Shown: positions 19,217 through 29,192, counted from the stretch's first letter. The stretch: DNA of 64,000 nucleotides from Pseudomonas aeruginosa PAO1 (GCF_000006765.1 NC_002516.2), one strand, 5' to 3'. A program made the numbers and translations. The notes: a model not told the origin generated them from the sequence alone.

Positions 19217-21511
19217 ATGCCGCTCTCCCCGCCCTTCGCCCTGCGCCCCTGCCTGGCCCTGCTGTTGCTCAGCCCTTCCCTGGCCCTGGCGGGGAACGCC
19301 GTCCCGCTGACCCCGACCACCATCACCGCCACCCGTACCGAGCAGGCAGTGGATTCGGTGCCAAGCACCGTCAGCGTGCAGACCCGCGAACAACTGGACC
19401 GGCAGAACGTCAACAACATCAAGGAACTGGTGCGCTACGAACCGGGAGTCTCGGTCGGCGGCGCCGGCCAGCGTGCCGGGATCACCGGCTACAACATCCG
19501 CGGCATCGACGGGAACCGCATCCTTACGCAGATCGACGGGGTCGAACTGCCCAACGACTTCTTCAGCGGCCCCTACGCGCAGACCCACCGCAACTACGTC
19601 GATCCGGACATCGTAAAGCGCGTGGAGATCCTTCGCGGCCCGGCCTCGGCGCTGTACGGCAGCAACGCCATCGGCGGCGCGGTGAGCTACTTCACCCTCG
19701 ACCCGTCGGACATCATCAAGGACGGCAAGGACGTCGGCGCCCGGCTGAAGGCCGGCTACGAGTCGGCCAGCCACTCCTGGTTGACCTCGGCCACCGTCGC
19801 CGGCCGCGCCGACGACTTCGACGGCCTGCTGCATTATGGCTACCGCCAGGGCCACGAGACCGAATCCAACGGCGGCCACGGCGGCACCGGGCTCTCGCGC
19901 AGCGAAGCCAACCCGGAAGACGCCGACAGCTACAGCCTGCTCGGCAAGCTGGGCTGGAACTACGCCGAGGGCAGCCGCTTCGGGCTGGTCTTCGAGAAGT
20001 ACAAGAGCGACGTCGATACCGACCAGAAGAGCGCCTATGGCGGCCCGTACGACAAGGGCAAGCCGGCCATCCCGCCGAGCATGCTGCCGGGCGGCATGTA
20101 CCAGTGGCGCAAGGGCAACGACACCCTGACTCGCGAGCGCTACGGCCTGGAGCACCATTTCCTGCTCGACAGCCAGGTCGCCGATCGCATCCAGTGGAGC
20201 CTGAACTACCAGTTGGCGAAGACCGACCAGGCGACCCGCGAGTTCTACTACCCGATCACCCGCAAGGTCCTGCGCACCCGCGACACTACCTACAAGGAAC
20301 GCCTGTGGGTCTTCGACAGCCAGTTGGACAAGAGCTTCGCCATCGGCGAGACCGAGCACCTGCTGAGCTACGGGATCAATCTCAAGCACCAGAAGGTCAC
20401 CGGCATGCGCAGCGGCACCGGCACCAACCTGGACACCGGCGCGGACAGCCCGCGCGATGCCCTGGAACGCAGCAGCGACTTTCCCGATCCGACGGTGAAG
20501 ACCTACGCCCTGTTCGCCCAGGACAGCATCAGCTGGAACGACTGGACCTTCACTCCCGGCCTGCGTTACGACTACACGCGCATGGAGCCGCACATCACCG
20601 ACGAGTTCCTGCGCACCATGAAGCAGAGCCAGAACACCGCGGTCGACGAGTCGGACAAGAAATGGCACCGGGTTTCGCCCAAGTTCGGCGTGACCTACGA
20701 CTTCGCCCAGCACTACACCTGGTACGGCCAATACGCCCAGGGCTTCCGCACGCCCACCGCCAAGGCGCTGTACGGTCGATTCGAGAACCTGCAGGCGGGC
20801 TACCACATCGAGCCTAACCCCAACCTCAAGCCGGAAAAGAGCCAGAGCTTCGAGACCGGGTTGCGCGGCAAGTTCGACGAAGGCAGCTTCGGTGTAGCGG
20901 TGTTCTACAACAAATATCGCGACTTCATCGACGAAGACGCCCTGAATACCGATAGCACCGGCGGCAACGGCCAGACCTTCCAGTCCAACAACATCGAGCG
21001 GGCGGTGATCAAGGGCGTCGAGCTCAAGGGCCGCCTGGAGCTGGGCGCCTTCGGCGCGCCGCAGGGGCTCTACACCCAGGGCAGCGTGGCCTACGCCTAC
21101 GGTCGCAACAAGGACAACGGCGAGCCGATCAACAGCGTCAACCCACTCACCGGAGTGTTCGGCCTGGGCTACGACGAAGCAGACGGCAACTACGGCGGGC
21201 TGCTCAGCTGGACCCTGGTCAAACGCAAGGATCGCGTCGACGACAGCACCTTCCACACCCCGGATGGCACCGCCAGCCAGTTCAAGACCCCGGGCTTCGG
21301 CGTCCTCGACCTCAGCGCCTACTACAGGCTGAGCAAGGACCTGACCCTCAACGCCGGTCTCTACAACCTGACCGACAAGAAATACTGGCTGTGGGATGAC
21401 GTGCGCGGCTACGACAGCGTCGGCGAGGCTTCGGCGCTGGCCCCGGCCAACATCGACCGACTGTCCCAGCCAGGCCGCAATTTCGCGGTCAACCTGGTCT
21501 GGGACATCTGA
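19217..21511 (+). CDS. phuR: TonB-dependent heme/hemoglobin receptor
   Basis: Signal peptide, TonB-box-like TITATR, plug VEILRGPASALYGS, FRTP/NPNLKPE loop, C-terminal aromatic strand. 764 aa from ATG 19217 (SD AAGGAG). Confidence 0.96.
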   Translation: MPLSPPFALRPCLALLLLSPSLALAGNAVPLTPTTITATRTEQAVDSVPSTVSVQTREQLDRQNVNNIKELVRYEPGVSVGGAGQRAGITGYNIRGIDGNRILTQIDGVELPNDFFSGPYAQTHRNYVDPDIVKRVEILRGPASALYGSNAIGGAVSYFTLDPSDIIKDGKDVGARLKAGYESASHSWLTSATVAGRADDFDGLLHYGYRQGHETESNGGHGGTGLSRSEANPEDADSYSLLGKLGWNYAEGSRFGLVFEKYKSDVDTDQKSAYGGPYDKGKPAIPPSMLPGGMYQWRKGNDTLTRERYGLEHHFLLDSQVADRIQWSLNYQLAKTDQATREFYYPITRKVLRTRDTTYKERLWVFDSQLDKSFAIGETEHLLSYGINLKHQKVTGMRSGTGTNLDTGADSPRDALERSSDFPDPTVKTYALFAQDSISWNDWTFTPGLRYDYTRMEPHITDEFLRTMKQSQNTAVDESDKKWHRVSPKFGVTYDFAQHYTWYGQYAQGFRTPTAKALYGRFENLQAGYHIEPNPNLKPEKSQSFETGLRGKFDEGSFGVAVFYNKYRDFIDEDALNTDSTGGNGQTFQSNNIERAVIKGVELKGRLELGAFGAPQGLYTQGSVAYAYGRNKDNGEPINSVNPLTGVFGLGYDEADGNYGGLLSWTLVKRKDRVDDSTFHTPDGTASQFKTPGFGVLDLSAYYRLSKDLTLNAGLYNLTDKKYWLWDDVRGYDSVGEASALAPANIDRLSQPGRNFAVNLVWDI

Positions 21512-21550
21512 CCCGTTACCCCTTCGCACACGGAAGTGCCCCCATACCCA

Positions 21551-21576
21551 GCGCCTGGCCATGCCGGGCGCTTTCC
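21551..21576 (+). terminator. Weak terminator-like hairpin after phuR
   Basis: GCGCCTGGC-cat-GCCGGGCGC followed by TTTCC. Confidence 0.4.
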
Positions 21577-21637
21577 ATGCCACAGGTGAAAGCCGTCCTC
21601 CGGATCAGGGATAATGATCCCGGCAAACGGAGCGCCC

Positions 21638-21961
21638 ATGATCCACCTGTGTCCCTCTTCCCATCTCGCCGAAGGCAACAGCCGCGGCTTCCTCGTCGAT
21701 GAGCGGCGGCTGTTCGCGGTGCGTCGCGACGGCCGCGCCTACATCTACCTGAACCGCTGCCCGCATCGCGGCATCCCGTTGGAGTGGCAGCCCGATACCT
21801 TCCTCGACGACAGCGCCAGCCTGATCCGTTGCGCCAGCCACGGCGCGCTGTTCCTCATCGAGTCCGGCGAGTGCGTCGCCGGCCCCTGCGCTGGCGAGCG
21901 CTTGCGCGCCCTGCCCTGCCGGGAAGACGCCGAAGGCCTCTGGGTGGAGCTGGACGACTGA
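21638..21961 (+). CDS. Rieske-type [2Fe-2S] ferredoxin
   Basis: NRCPHRG and RCASHGALF (CxH...CxxH). SD GGAG before ATG 21638. Confidence 0.9.
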   Translation: MIHLCPSSHLAEGNSRGFLVDERRLFAVRRDGRAYIYLNRCPHRGIPLEWQPDTFLDDSASLIRCASHGALFLIESGECVAGPCAGERLRALPCREDAEGLWVELDD

Positions 21962-22041
21962 CCCAACGGGGGATGGGCGGCAAGCCGCGAGGCAACGGCT
22001 AGGCTTGCGGCACAAAGATAAAAAAGAGGAAGGAACGCGCC

Positions 22042-22554
22042 ATGCGCCGATTCAGCCTGCGCTTCGTCCTGCTGCTCCTGTTCGGCCTGCTGCTCTATGC
22101 CTGCCGCAATGAACCGGGCCCCGTACGGCTCGCCCCTGGCGTAACAGCGGCGGATTACCGGACTTTCTTCATCCAGGCGGTACGCGCCGAGGGGCACCGC
22201 ATCGACTTCGAGGAGCGTTTCGATACGGCCGTGCGCCGCGCCCTGGAGGCCAAGGGCTATCGCTACCACGCGGAACACGGCGACCTGCGGGTGATCTACG
22301 CCCTCGGCCTGCAACGCCAGCCGGGCCTGGAAATGCGCCCGGTGATCACCCAGGATGGCGTCTTCACCCAGACCCTACTGACCGAAGACACCAAGGCCAG
22401 GCTGGCGCTGCGCATCCTTGACGAAAGCAACGGCAGGGTCCTTCTGGAAAGCGTGCTGAGCCGCCAACTGCACGATCCGGCGCTGACCCAGGAAGCGTCC
22501 GACCGCGGCGTCGCGCAGTTGCTGAAGGACTTCCCGAGTCGCAGTCAACCTTGA
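22042..22554 (+). CDS. Putative lipoprotein (DUF4136-like)
   Basis: Signal ending LLLYAC, YRTF, ALEAKGY, LRILD. Confidence 0.7.
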   Translation: MRRFSLRFVLLLLFGLLLYACRNEPGPVRLAPGVTAADYRTFFIQAVRAEGHRIDFEERFDTAVRRALEAKGYRYHAEHGDLRVIYALGLQRQPGLEMRPVITQDGVFTQTLLTEDTKARLALRILDESNGRVLLESVLSRQLHDPALTQEASDRGVAQLLKDFPSRSQP

Positions 22555-22557
22555 ATG

Positions 22558-23007
22558 TCACAGGCCGTCGAAGTCGTCCTCGCGACGCTCGGCGCTCTCG
22601 CCGGGTGCCGACAGCCGGGGCGGCCGCCGTTGCAGCCACCACAGGGCGGCGATCCCCAGGGCAGCCATTGCGCCGCGGAACAGCAGGCCGAACAGGTTGC
22701 CGTCGGCCTCCATCCCGCCCTCGATCCAGGCAATCAATAGCCGCGACAGGGTCAGGATCGATTGCAGCAGCACTACCAGGATCAACGCCGGCTGCACCAG
22801 CGAAGCCCGGCGCAGGGCGAACAGCAGGAACAACGCCAGGGCGAACTGATGGCCGCCATAGAACACCCGCGCATCGCTGACCGCCGAAGGCTCCATCAGC
22901 AGCATGCCACTGAGATTGGCCATCTCGTAGGGACGCACCCAGTACAGCACTCCCAGCGCGCCCCATACCAGCGCCTGAACCAGCAAAACCAAACGGGCGA
23001 AGAGCAT
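22558..23007 (-). CDS. Small inner-membrane protein (DUF4345-like)
   Basis: About four hydrophobic segments, SDARVFYGG motif, SD GAGGAGA. Confidence 0.75.
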   Translation of the reverse strand: MLFARLVLLVQALVWGALGVLYWVRPYEMANLSGMLLMEPSAVSDARVFYGGHQFALALFLLFALRRASLVQPALILVVLLQSILTLSRLLIAWIEGGMEADGNLFGLLFRGAMAALGIAALWWLQRRPPRLSAPGESAERREDDFDGL

Positions 23008-23256
23008 CCCCTTTCTCCTCGGGCCTGTTGCCCCCAGCGGTCAGTTCGACACCGGCGGCGAACGCCCCGGCAACCCTAAGGACAGCAGACCCAAACCGCG
23101 CCGACGAGTTCGCTGCGACAATCCGTCCCTGCCCAACGGCAACCCGGCGCGGCGGGCAGCGCATCGCTTCGTCACAAGTGGATACAGCTCACCGGCTGGG
23201 TGGCGGCGGGTGCCAGCGGTATGCTCCCGGCATTCGCTCGCAGCAAGGAGAATCCC

Positions 23257-23706
23257 ATGCGCCGCTTCGCACCCCTGGCCGTCCTGGCCGCCACCCTGCT
23301 CCACGGTTCCCTGGTCCAGGCCGCCGAACCGCTGGCCATCGACGTCCACCGCGACGCCAACTGCGGCTGCTGCAAGGACTGGATCAAGCACCTCGAAGCC
23401 AACGGTTTCAAGGTCACCGACCATGTGGAAGCAGACATGAGCGCAGTCAAGAGCCGTCTCGGCGTGCCCTACAGCATGGGCTCCTGTCATACCGGAGTGA
23501 TCGACGGCAAGTTCGTCGAAGGCCACGTGCCGGCAGCCGACATCCTCAAGCTGCGCGAACGCGCCGACCTGGTCGGCGCCGCCGTACCGGGCATGCCGGT
23601 CGGCTCGCCGGGCATGGAAATGGGCGACCGCCAGGACGCCTACCAGGTCGTCGGCCTGACCAGGAGCGGCCAGGCCTCGGTACTGGCGGAGTACCCGGGA
23701 CGCTAA
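23257..23706 (+). CDS. DUF411/CopG-type periplasmic metal-binding protein
   Basis: Signal peptide, DANCGCCKDW, GSCHT, FVEGHVPA, VPGMPVGSPGMEMG. Confidence 0.88.
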   Translation: MRRFAPLAVLAATLLHGSLVQAAEPLAIDVHRDANCGCCKDWIKHLEANGFKVTDHVEADMSAVKSRLGVPYSMGSCHTGVIDGKFVEGHVPAADILKLRERADLVGAAVPGMPVGSPGMEMGDRQDAYQVVGLTRSGQASVLAEYPGR

Positions 23707-23708
23707 CG

Positions 23709-23743
23709 AAAACGCCGTTTTCCCCAGGGAAAACGGCGTTTTT
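23709..23743. terminator. Bidirectional terminator
   Basis: AAAACGCCGTTTTCC-ccag-GGAAAACGGCGTTTT. Confidence 0.85.
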
Positions 23744-23764
23744 CCTTGTAGCAGGACGTGAGGA

Positions 23765-25000
23765 TCACTCCGCCAGGCTATCGACCTTCCTCTGCGGCGA
23801 CAGCAGCCCGTCGGCGCGGAACATCGCCTTGATCCCGCGCACCGCCTGGCGCAGGCGGTCGCGGTTCTCGATCAGGGCGAAACGCACATGATCGTCGCCG
23901 TAGTCGCCGAAGCCGATCCCCGGCGACACCGAGACCTTGGCGTCCTGCAACAGCTTCTTGGCGAACTCCAGCGAGCCCAGATGCGCGTAGGGCTCGGGGA
24001 TCTTCGCCCAGACGTACATCGAGGCCTTCGGGTTCTCCACCATCCAGCCGGCCTCGCGCAGCCCCTTCACCAGGACGTCGCGGCGCTGCTGGTACTGCCG
24101 GGCGATATCGCGGACGCACTGCTGGTCGCCTTCCAGAGCGGCAATGGCCGCCACCTGCAGGGGCGTGAAGGTGCCGTAGTCGTGGTAGCTCTTGATCCGC
24201 GCCAGGGCCGAGACCAGCTCGGGATTGCCGACCATGAAGCCGATCCGCCAGCCGGCCATGTTGTAGCTCTTCGACAGGGTGAAGAACTCCACGGCGATAT
24301 CCTTGGCACCCGGTACCTGCATGATTGACGGCGCTTTCCAGCCGTCGTAGACGATGTCTGCATAGGCCAGGTCGTGCACGACCATCACGTCGTACTGCTT
24401 GGCCAGCGCCACCACGCGCTCGAAGAAGTCCAGCTCGACGCACTGCGCGGTAGGGTTGGAGGGGAAACCGAGAATCATCATGCGCGGCTTGGGAATCGAT
24501 TCGCGGATCGCCCGTTCCAGCTCGTTGAAGAAATCGATGCCCGGCACCAGCGGCACCGAGCGCACCTGGGCGCCGGCGATCACCGCACCGTAGATGTGGA
24601 TCGGATAGCTCGGGTTGGGCACGAGGATGGTGTCGCCATGGTCGAGGGTCGCCAGCATCAGGTGCGCCAGGCCTTCCTTGGAGCCGATGGTGACGATGGC
24701 TTCGCTTTCCGGGTCGATCTGCACGTCGTAGCGGTCACGGTACCAGTGCGAGATGGCCCGGCGCAGGCGCGGGATGCCACGCGAGGTGGAGTAGCCATGG
24801 GTGTCTTCGCGCTGGGCGACGGTGCAGAGCTTCTCGACGATATGCGGCGGGGTCGGCCCGTCGGGATTGCCCATGCTCAGGTCGATGATGTCCTCGCCAC
24901 GGCGACGAGCGGCCATCTTCAGTTCGGCGGTGATATTGAAAACGTAGGGGGGAAGGCGGTCGATGCGCGCGAAACGGCGCGCAGGGCGTGATTCAGCCAT
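23765..25000 (-). CDS. alaC: PLP-dependent class I/II aminotransferase (AlaC-like)
   Basis: [42 protein letters not shown] 25000 with SD GAGGA. Confidence 0.8.
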   Translation of the reverse strand: MAESRPARRFARIDRLPPYVFNITAELKMAARRRGEDIIDLSMGNPDGPTPPHIVEKLCTVAQREDTHGYSTSRGIPRLRRAISHWYRDRYDVQIDPESEAIVTIGSKEGLAHLMLATLDHGDTILVPNPSYPIHIYGAVIAGAQVRSVPLVPGIDFFNELERAIRESIPKPRMMILGFPSNPTAQCVELDFFERVVALAKQYDVMVVHDLAYADIVYDGWKAPSIMQVPGAKDIAVEFFTLSKSYNMAGWRIGFMVGNPELVSALARIKSYHDYGTFTPLQVAAIAALEGDQQCVRDIARQYQQRRDVLVKGLREAGWMVENPKASMYVWAKIPEPYAHLGSLEFAKKLLQDAKVSVSPGIGFGDYGDDHVRFALIENRDRLRQAVRGIKAMFRADGLLSPQRKVDSLAE

Positions 25001-25065
25001 GCTGTCCTCGGAGTAACGTAAGCGCCCGGAACCGTCCGAGCGACGCCGACCGCTGCGGCGGCCTG

Positions 25066-25126
25066 GAAAGCGCCAGCCAGGCGCTTTCTTGTCGGCGAAC
25101 ATAAAGGCCGATAGGCTGCTTGTCGA
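25066..25126 (-). promoter_or_regulatory. Candidate alaC promoter followed by a 5' hairpin
   Basis: TCGACA (25126-25121), 17 nt, TATGTT (25103-25098). A 9-bp stem GAAAGCGCC/GGCGCTTTC lies at 25066-25088. Confidence 0.5.
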
Positions 25127-25169
25127 GTCCCCCCTCGCGTTTTTCATTCCATTTCACAGGAAAAGGCCC

Positions 25170-26024
25170 ATGTCCCGACGCTACTGGCAACTCGATGTGT
25201 TCGCCGAGCGTCCGCTCACCGGCAACGGCCTGGCCGTATTCGACGACGCCAGCGCCCTCGATGACGCCGCCATGCAGGCCTGGACCCGCGAACTGCGCCA
25301 GTTCGAGTCGATCTTCCTGCTGCCGGGCGACGACCCACGGGCCTTCCGCGCACGGATCTTCACCCTGGAGGAAGAACTGCCGTTCGCCGGCCACCCGCTG
25401 CTCGGCGCCGCCGCCCTGCTCCATCACCTGCGCGGCGGCGACAACGAACAGCACTGGACGCTGCACCTGGCCAGCAAGTCGGTGGCCCTGCGCAGCGTGC
25501 GGGCGGGCAGCGGTTTCTACGCCGAGATGGACCAGGGCCGCGCCGAATTCGGCGCCACCCCGGACGCCGGGACCTGCCGCTGGTTCGCCGAAGCCTTCTC
25601 GCTATCGGCCAACGACCTGTCCGGGCATCCGCCGCGGGTGGTGAGCACCGGCCTGCCCTACCTGCTCCTGCCGGTGACCGCCGAGGCACTGGGTCGAGCC
25701 CGTCAGGTCAACGATTTGCAAGAAGCCCTGGATAAACTCGGCGCGGCGTTTGTCTATCTGCTCGACGTCGACGGGCGCGAGGGCCGCACCTGGGACAACC
25801 TGGGGCTGGTGGAAGACGTGGCTACCGGCAGCGCTGCCGGTCCGGTCGCCGCCTACCTAGTGGAATACGGGCTTGCCGCGCGCGGCGAACCCTTCGTCCT
25901 GCACCAGGGACGCTTCCTCGAGCGGCCGAGCCGGCTCGACGTCCAGGTCGCGACAGACGGTAGCGTAAGGGTCGGCGGCCACGTCCAACTGCTCGCCCGC
26001 GCCGAGCTGCTGACCTCGGCCTGA
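25170..26024 (+). CDS. PhzF-family isomerase/epimerase
   Basis: DVFAERPLTGN, RIFTLEEELPFAGHP, EDVATGSAAG. Confidence 0.9.
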   Translation: MSRRYWQLDVFAERPLTGNGLAVFDDASALDDAAMQAWTRELRQFESIFLLPGDDPRAFRARIFTLEEELPFAGHPLLGAAALLHHLRGGDNEQHWTLHLASKSVALRSVRAGSGFYAEMDQGRAEFGATPDAGTCRWFAEAFSLSANDLSGHPPRVVSTGLPYLLLPVTAEALGRARQVNDLQEALDKLGAAFVYLLDVDGREGRTWDNLGLVEDVATGSAAGPVAAYLVEYGLAARGEPFVLHQGRFLERPSRLDVQVATDGSVRVGGHVQLLARAELLTSA

Positions 26025-26091
26025 CGGTCGGGGTGGCGCTGGCGGCGGACGACGACAACACTGAAGAAGCGAAACGTACAGGAGAACCGCC

Positions 26092-26985
26092 ATGCTCTGG
26101 CGCAAAGGACGACGCAGTGACAACGTGATTGATGCCCGGGGCGAAGGAGGCGCAGGCGGCGGTGGCGGCATGCGCATCGGCGGCAAGGGCCTCAGCCTGG
26201 GTGGGGTGGCCATCGTGGTGGTGGTCGGCCTGCTGATGGGCCAGGACCCGATGCAGATCCTCGGGTCGCTGCTCGGCCAGATGGACAGCCCGGCGCCGGC
26301 CACCCAGCAGCAGGCCGGCGGTCGGGCCCCGGCGGCCAATGACGAGCAGAGCGAGTTCGTCCGCTCGATCCTCGGCGACACCGAGGACACCTGGGAACAG
26401 ATCTTCGCCAGCGGCCAGGCACAATACCAACAGCCCAAGCTGGTGCTGTTCAGCAATGGGGTGAATTCCGCCTGCGGCTTCGCCTCGTCGGCCACCGGGC
26501 CGTTCTACTGTCCGGCCGACCGCCGGGTCTACCTCGACCTGGAGTTCTTCCGCGAGATGGAACAGCGCTTCTCCGCCGCCGGCGACTTCGCCCAGGCCTA
26601 TGTGATCGCCCACGAGGTCGGCCACCACGTGCAGAACCTGATGGGCATCTCGGCCAAGATCAACGCAGCCCGCCAGCGCGGCGCGCGCATGGAGGGCGCC
26701 AACGGCCTGTCGGTACGCCAGGAACTGCAGGCGGACTGCTTCGCCGGGGTCTGGGCCAACCGTGCACAGCAGCGGCTGAACTGGCTGGAGCCGGGCGACA
26801 TCGAGGAAGCCCTGAACGCCGCCAACGCCATCGGCGACGATCGCCTGCAACGCCAGGGCCGCGGCATGGTGGTGCCGGATTCCTTCACCCATGGCTCCTC
26901 GGCGCAACGCATGCGCTGGTTCAAGACCGGCTTCGAGAGCGGCTCGCCGGCCAGTTGCGATACCTTCAAGGCCCAGACGCTCTGA
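26092..26985 (+). CDS. YpfJ-type neutral zinc metallopeptidase
   Basis: GPFYCPAD, VIAHEVGHHVQ (HExxH), ELQADCFAG, FTHGSSAQR. Confidence 0.92.
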   Translation: MLWRKGRRSDNVIDARGEGGAGGGGGMRIGGKGLSLGGVAIVVVVGLLMGQDPMQILGSLLGQMDSPAPATQQQAGGRAPAANDEQSEFVRSILGDTEDTWEQIFASGQAQYQQPKLVLFSNGVNSACGFASSATGPFYCPADRRVYLDLEFFREMEQRFSAAGDFAQAYVIAHEVGHHVQNLMGISAKINAARQRGARMEGANGLSVRQELQADCFAGVWANRAQQRLNWLEPGDIEEALNAANAIGDDRLQRQGRGMVVPDSFTHGSSAQRMRWFKTGFESGSPASCDTFKAQTL

Positions 26986-27006
26986 GCCTCGCCGCCAGCC
27001 GAGCGC

Positions 27007-27483
27007 TTAGCGCCCCGGCTGGCTTCCCAGCGCATTCAACTGATCGGCCAGTTCCCTGGCCTCGTAGACCGAAGCCAACCCGTCGAGATAGACCTTGCCG
27101 TTGCGGATCGGCTCGCGCACCCGCGGCGCCAGGCGCAGGCGCCCGTCCACCAGTACCGCGAGAGTGCGCCCCCGGGCCTCGCCGGTCAGCGCGGCCAGGC
27201 GGCGGGCGGCCGGTTCGGTGAAGGTGACTTCGACGCCGGGTCGACCGTTCTGGTCGTACAGGACCTCGGCGCGGAGTACGTCAGCCTGGGTCAGGCTGGG
27301 CTTCAGCGCCACCAGCATGGCCTTGCCCTGCGGGTCGGCCAGGGTGCGGAACGCCGCGGAAGGCGTGCTGGCGGTGGCATAGACCCCGAAGCTGTGCTGC
27401 GGGATCGGCAGCGGATCGCTGGCGCAGGCGGCCAGCAGCAGCGCCAGGCCCAGCGGAAGGAGTGCGAGTTTCGAGCGTTTCAT
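27007..27483 (-). CDS. Lipoprotein resembling a stand-alone SecD/SecF P1 head subdomain
   Basis: Lipobox LLAAC. VEVTFTEPAARRLAALT...LAVLVDG...APRVREPI...LDG...EARELA resembles the SecD head. No transmembrane segments. Confidence 0.7.
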   Translation of the reverse strand: MKRSKLALLPLGLALLLAACASDPLPIPQHSFGVYATASTPSAAFRTLADPQGKAMLVALKPSLTQADVLRAEVLYDQNGRPGVEVTFTEPAARRLAALTGEARGRTLAVLVDGRLRLAPRVREPIRNGKVYLDGLASVYEARELADQLNALGSQPGR

Positions 27484-27629
27484 GATGAGGTACTGCAGAA
27501 AACCTGGGCGGAGCGTCCGTCCGGACGCCAACGCCTATGTTAACGCCGACCGCGCCGGGCGGGCGAGCAGGCCCTTCCGCGAGGCGACGATCGACTAGAC
27601 TGGCGGAAATTCACCCCTCTCCCGCGAAC

Positions 27630-27645
27630 TGGTATGATGCGCGCC
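27630..27645 (+). promoter_or_regulatory. Extended -10 promoter with a GC-rich discriminator upstream of the NCS2 permease
   Basis: TG-G-TATGAT (27630-27638) followed by GCGCGCC. Confidence 0.55.
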
Positions 27646-27649
27646 TTTT

Positions 27650-27718
27650 CGAGCCGTATGAACCCCACGCAGGCCGCCGCGAGGCCCCTGGCGTGCGTGG
27701 GTCGTTTCATGCGGCTCG
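27650..27718 (+). other. Long stem-loop at the 5' end of the permease leader
   Basis: 13-bp outer stem 27650-27662/27706-27718 (one U-G pair), 8-bp stem 27664-27671/27694-27701, inner GGCC/GGCC. Confidence 0.6.
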
Positions 27719-27896
27719 CGCATTTTCGGGACTCAGCCGTCTGCCGGGATCGTTCGCGATACCGCGCCGACGAGACAGCGATGCAACGCCCGCCACGCGG
27801 AAATTCGGTTTTCCCTGGTCGGCGGCCGGCTCCGCGGCCGGCCACTTCTGCTGGCGCCATGGGGATCGTTGCAGAGCACATTCAGGGGAATCCAAC

Positions 27897-29192
27897 ATGC
27901 TGGAAAAGCTGTTTCAACTAAAGGCGCACAACACCACGGTGCGCACCGAGATCCTGGCGGGGATCACCACCTTCCTGACCATGGCCTACATCCTCTTCGT
28001 CAACCCGAGCATCCTCGGCGAGACCGGCATGGACAAGGGCGCGGTGTTCGTCGCCACCTGCCTGGCAGCGGCCATCGGCTCGACCATCATGGGCCTGATC
28101 GCCAACTACCCGATCGCCCTGGCCCCCGGCATGGGCCTCAACGCCTTCTTCACCTACACCGTGGTGCTGCACATGGGCCACAGCTGGCAGGTCGCGCTGG
28201 GCGCAGTGTTCATTTCCGCCACCATGTTCTTCCTGCTGTCGATCTTCCGCATCCGCGAATGGATCATCAACAGCATCCCCCTGCCGCTGCGCTCGGCGAT
28301 CGCCGCCGGCATCGGCCTGTTCCTCGCACTGATCGCCCTGCAGAACGCCGGCATCGTGGTGGACAACCCGGCAACCCTGATCGGCATGGGCGACCTGACC
28401 AAGCCGGCGCCGATCCTCGCCACCCTCGGCTTCATCCTGATCGTCGCCCTGGAGGCGCGTAGCGTCACCGGCGCGGTGCTGATCGGTATCCTGGTGGTCA
28501 CCGCCATCGCCATCCTGCTCGGCGTGACCCAGTTCGGCGGCGTGGTCTCGATGCCGCCGTCGCTGGCGCCGACCTTCCTCCAACTGGACATCAAGGGCGC
28601 GCTGGACATCGGTCTGGTCAGCGTGATCTTCGCCTTCCTCTTCGTCGACCTGTTCGACAACTCCGGCACCCTGATCGGCGTCGCCAAGCGCGCCGGACTG
28701 ATGGGCAAGGACGGCCACATGCCGAAGATGGGCCGCGCGCTGATCGCCGACAGTACCGCCGCCATGGGCGGCTCGCTGCTGGGCACCTCGACCACCACCA
28801 GCTACATCGAGTCCGCCGCGGGCGTCAGCGCCGGCGGCCGCACCGGCCTGACCGCCATCGTCGTCGCCATCCTGTTCCTTCTCGCGCTGTTCTTCGCCCC
28901 GCTGGCCGGCAGCGTACCGGCCTTCGCCACCGCCCCGGCGCTGCTCTTCGTCGCCGTACTGATGGCCTCGGGCCTGGCAGAGATCGACTGGGAAGACATC
29001 ACCGTCGCCGCGCCGGTGGTCGTCACCGCGCTGGCCATGCCGTTCACCTATTCGATCGCTACCGGCATCGCCTTCGGCTTCATTTCCTGGACCGCGATCA
29101 AGGTGCTGTCCGGGCGCTGGCGCGAACTGAACCCGGCGCTGGTGATCCTCTCCGTGCTGTTCGTGATCAAGCTGGGCTTCTTCAACGCATGA
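27897..29192 (+). CDS. NCS2/AzgA-family purine (guanine/hypoxanthine-type) permease
   Basis: [58 protein letters not shown]. About 12-13 TM segments. Confidence 0.9.
   Translation: MLEKLFQLKAHNTTVRTEILAGITTFLTMAYILFVNPSILGETGMDKGAVFVATCLAAAIGSTIMGLIANYPIALAPGMGLNAFFTYTVVLHMGHSWQVALGAVFISATMFFLLSIFRIREWIINSIPLPLRSAIAAGIGLFLALIALQNAGIVVDNPATLIGMGDLTKPAPILATLGFILIVALEARSVTGAVLIGILVVTAIAILLGVTQFGGVVSMPPSLAPTFLQLDIKGALDIGLVSVIFAFLFVDLFDNSGTLIGVAKRAGLMGKDGHMPKMGRALIADSTAAMGGSLLGTSTTTSYIESAAGVSAGGRTGLTAIVVAILFLLALFFAPLAGSVPAFATAPALLFVAVLMASGLAEIDWEDITVAAPVVVTALAMPFTYSIATGIAFGFISWTAIKVLSGRWRELNPALVILSVLFVIKLGFFNA

Noticed and set aside
19037-21583. N-terminal 849 aa of the 1203-aa minus ORF that ends in phuS
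   Set aside because: It is the antisense shadow of phuR fused in frame to phuS. The real phuS start is ATG 19036 with SD GAGGA.
21610-21628. GATAATGAT upstream of the Rieske gene as a Fur box
   Set aside because: Only one half matches (11/19 overall), and the right half is GC-rich.
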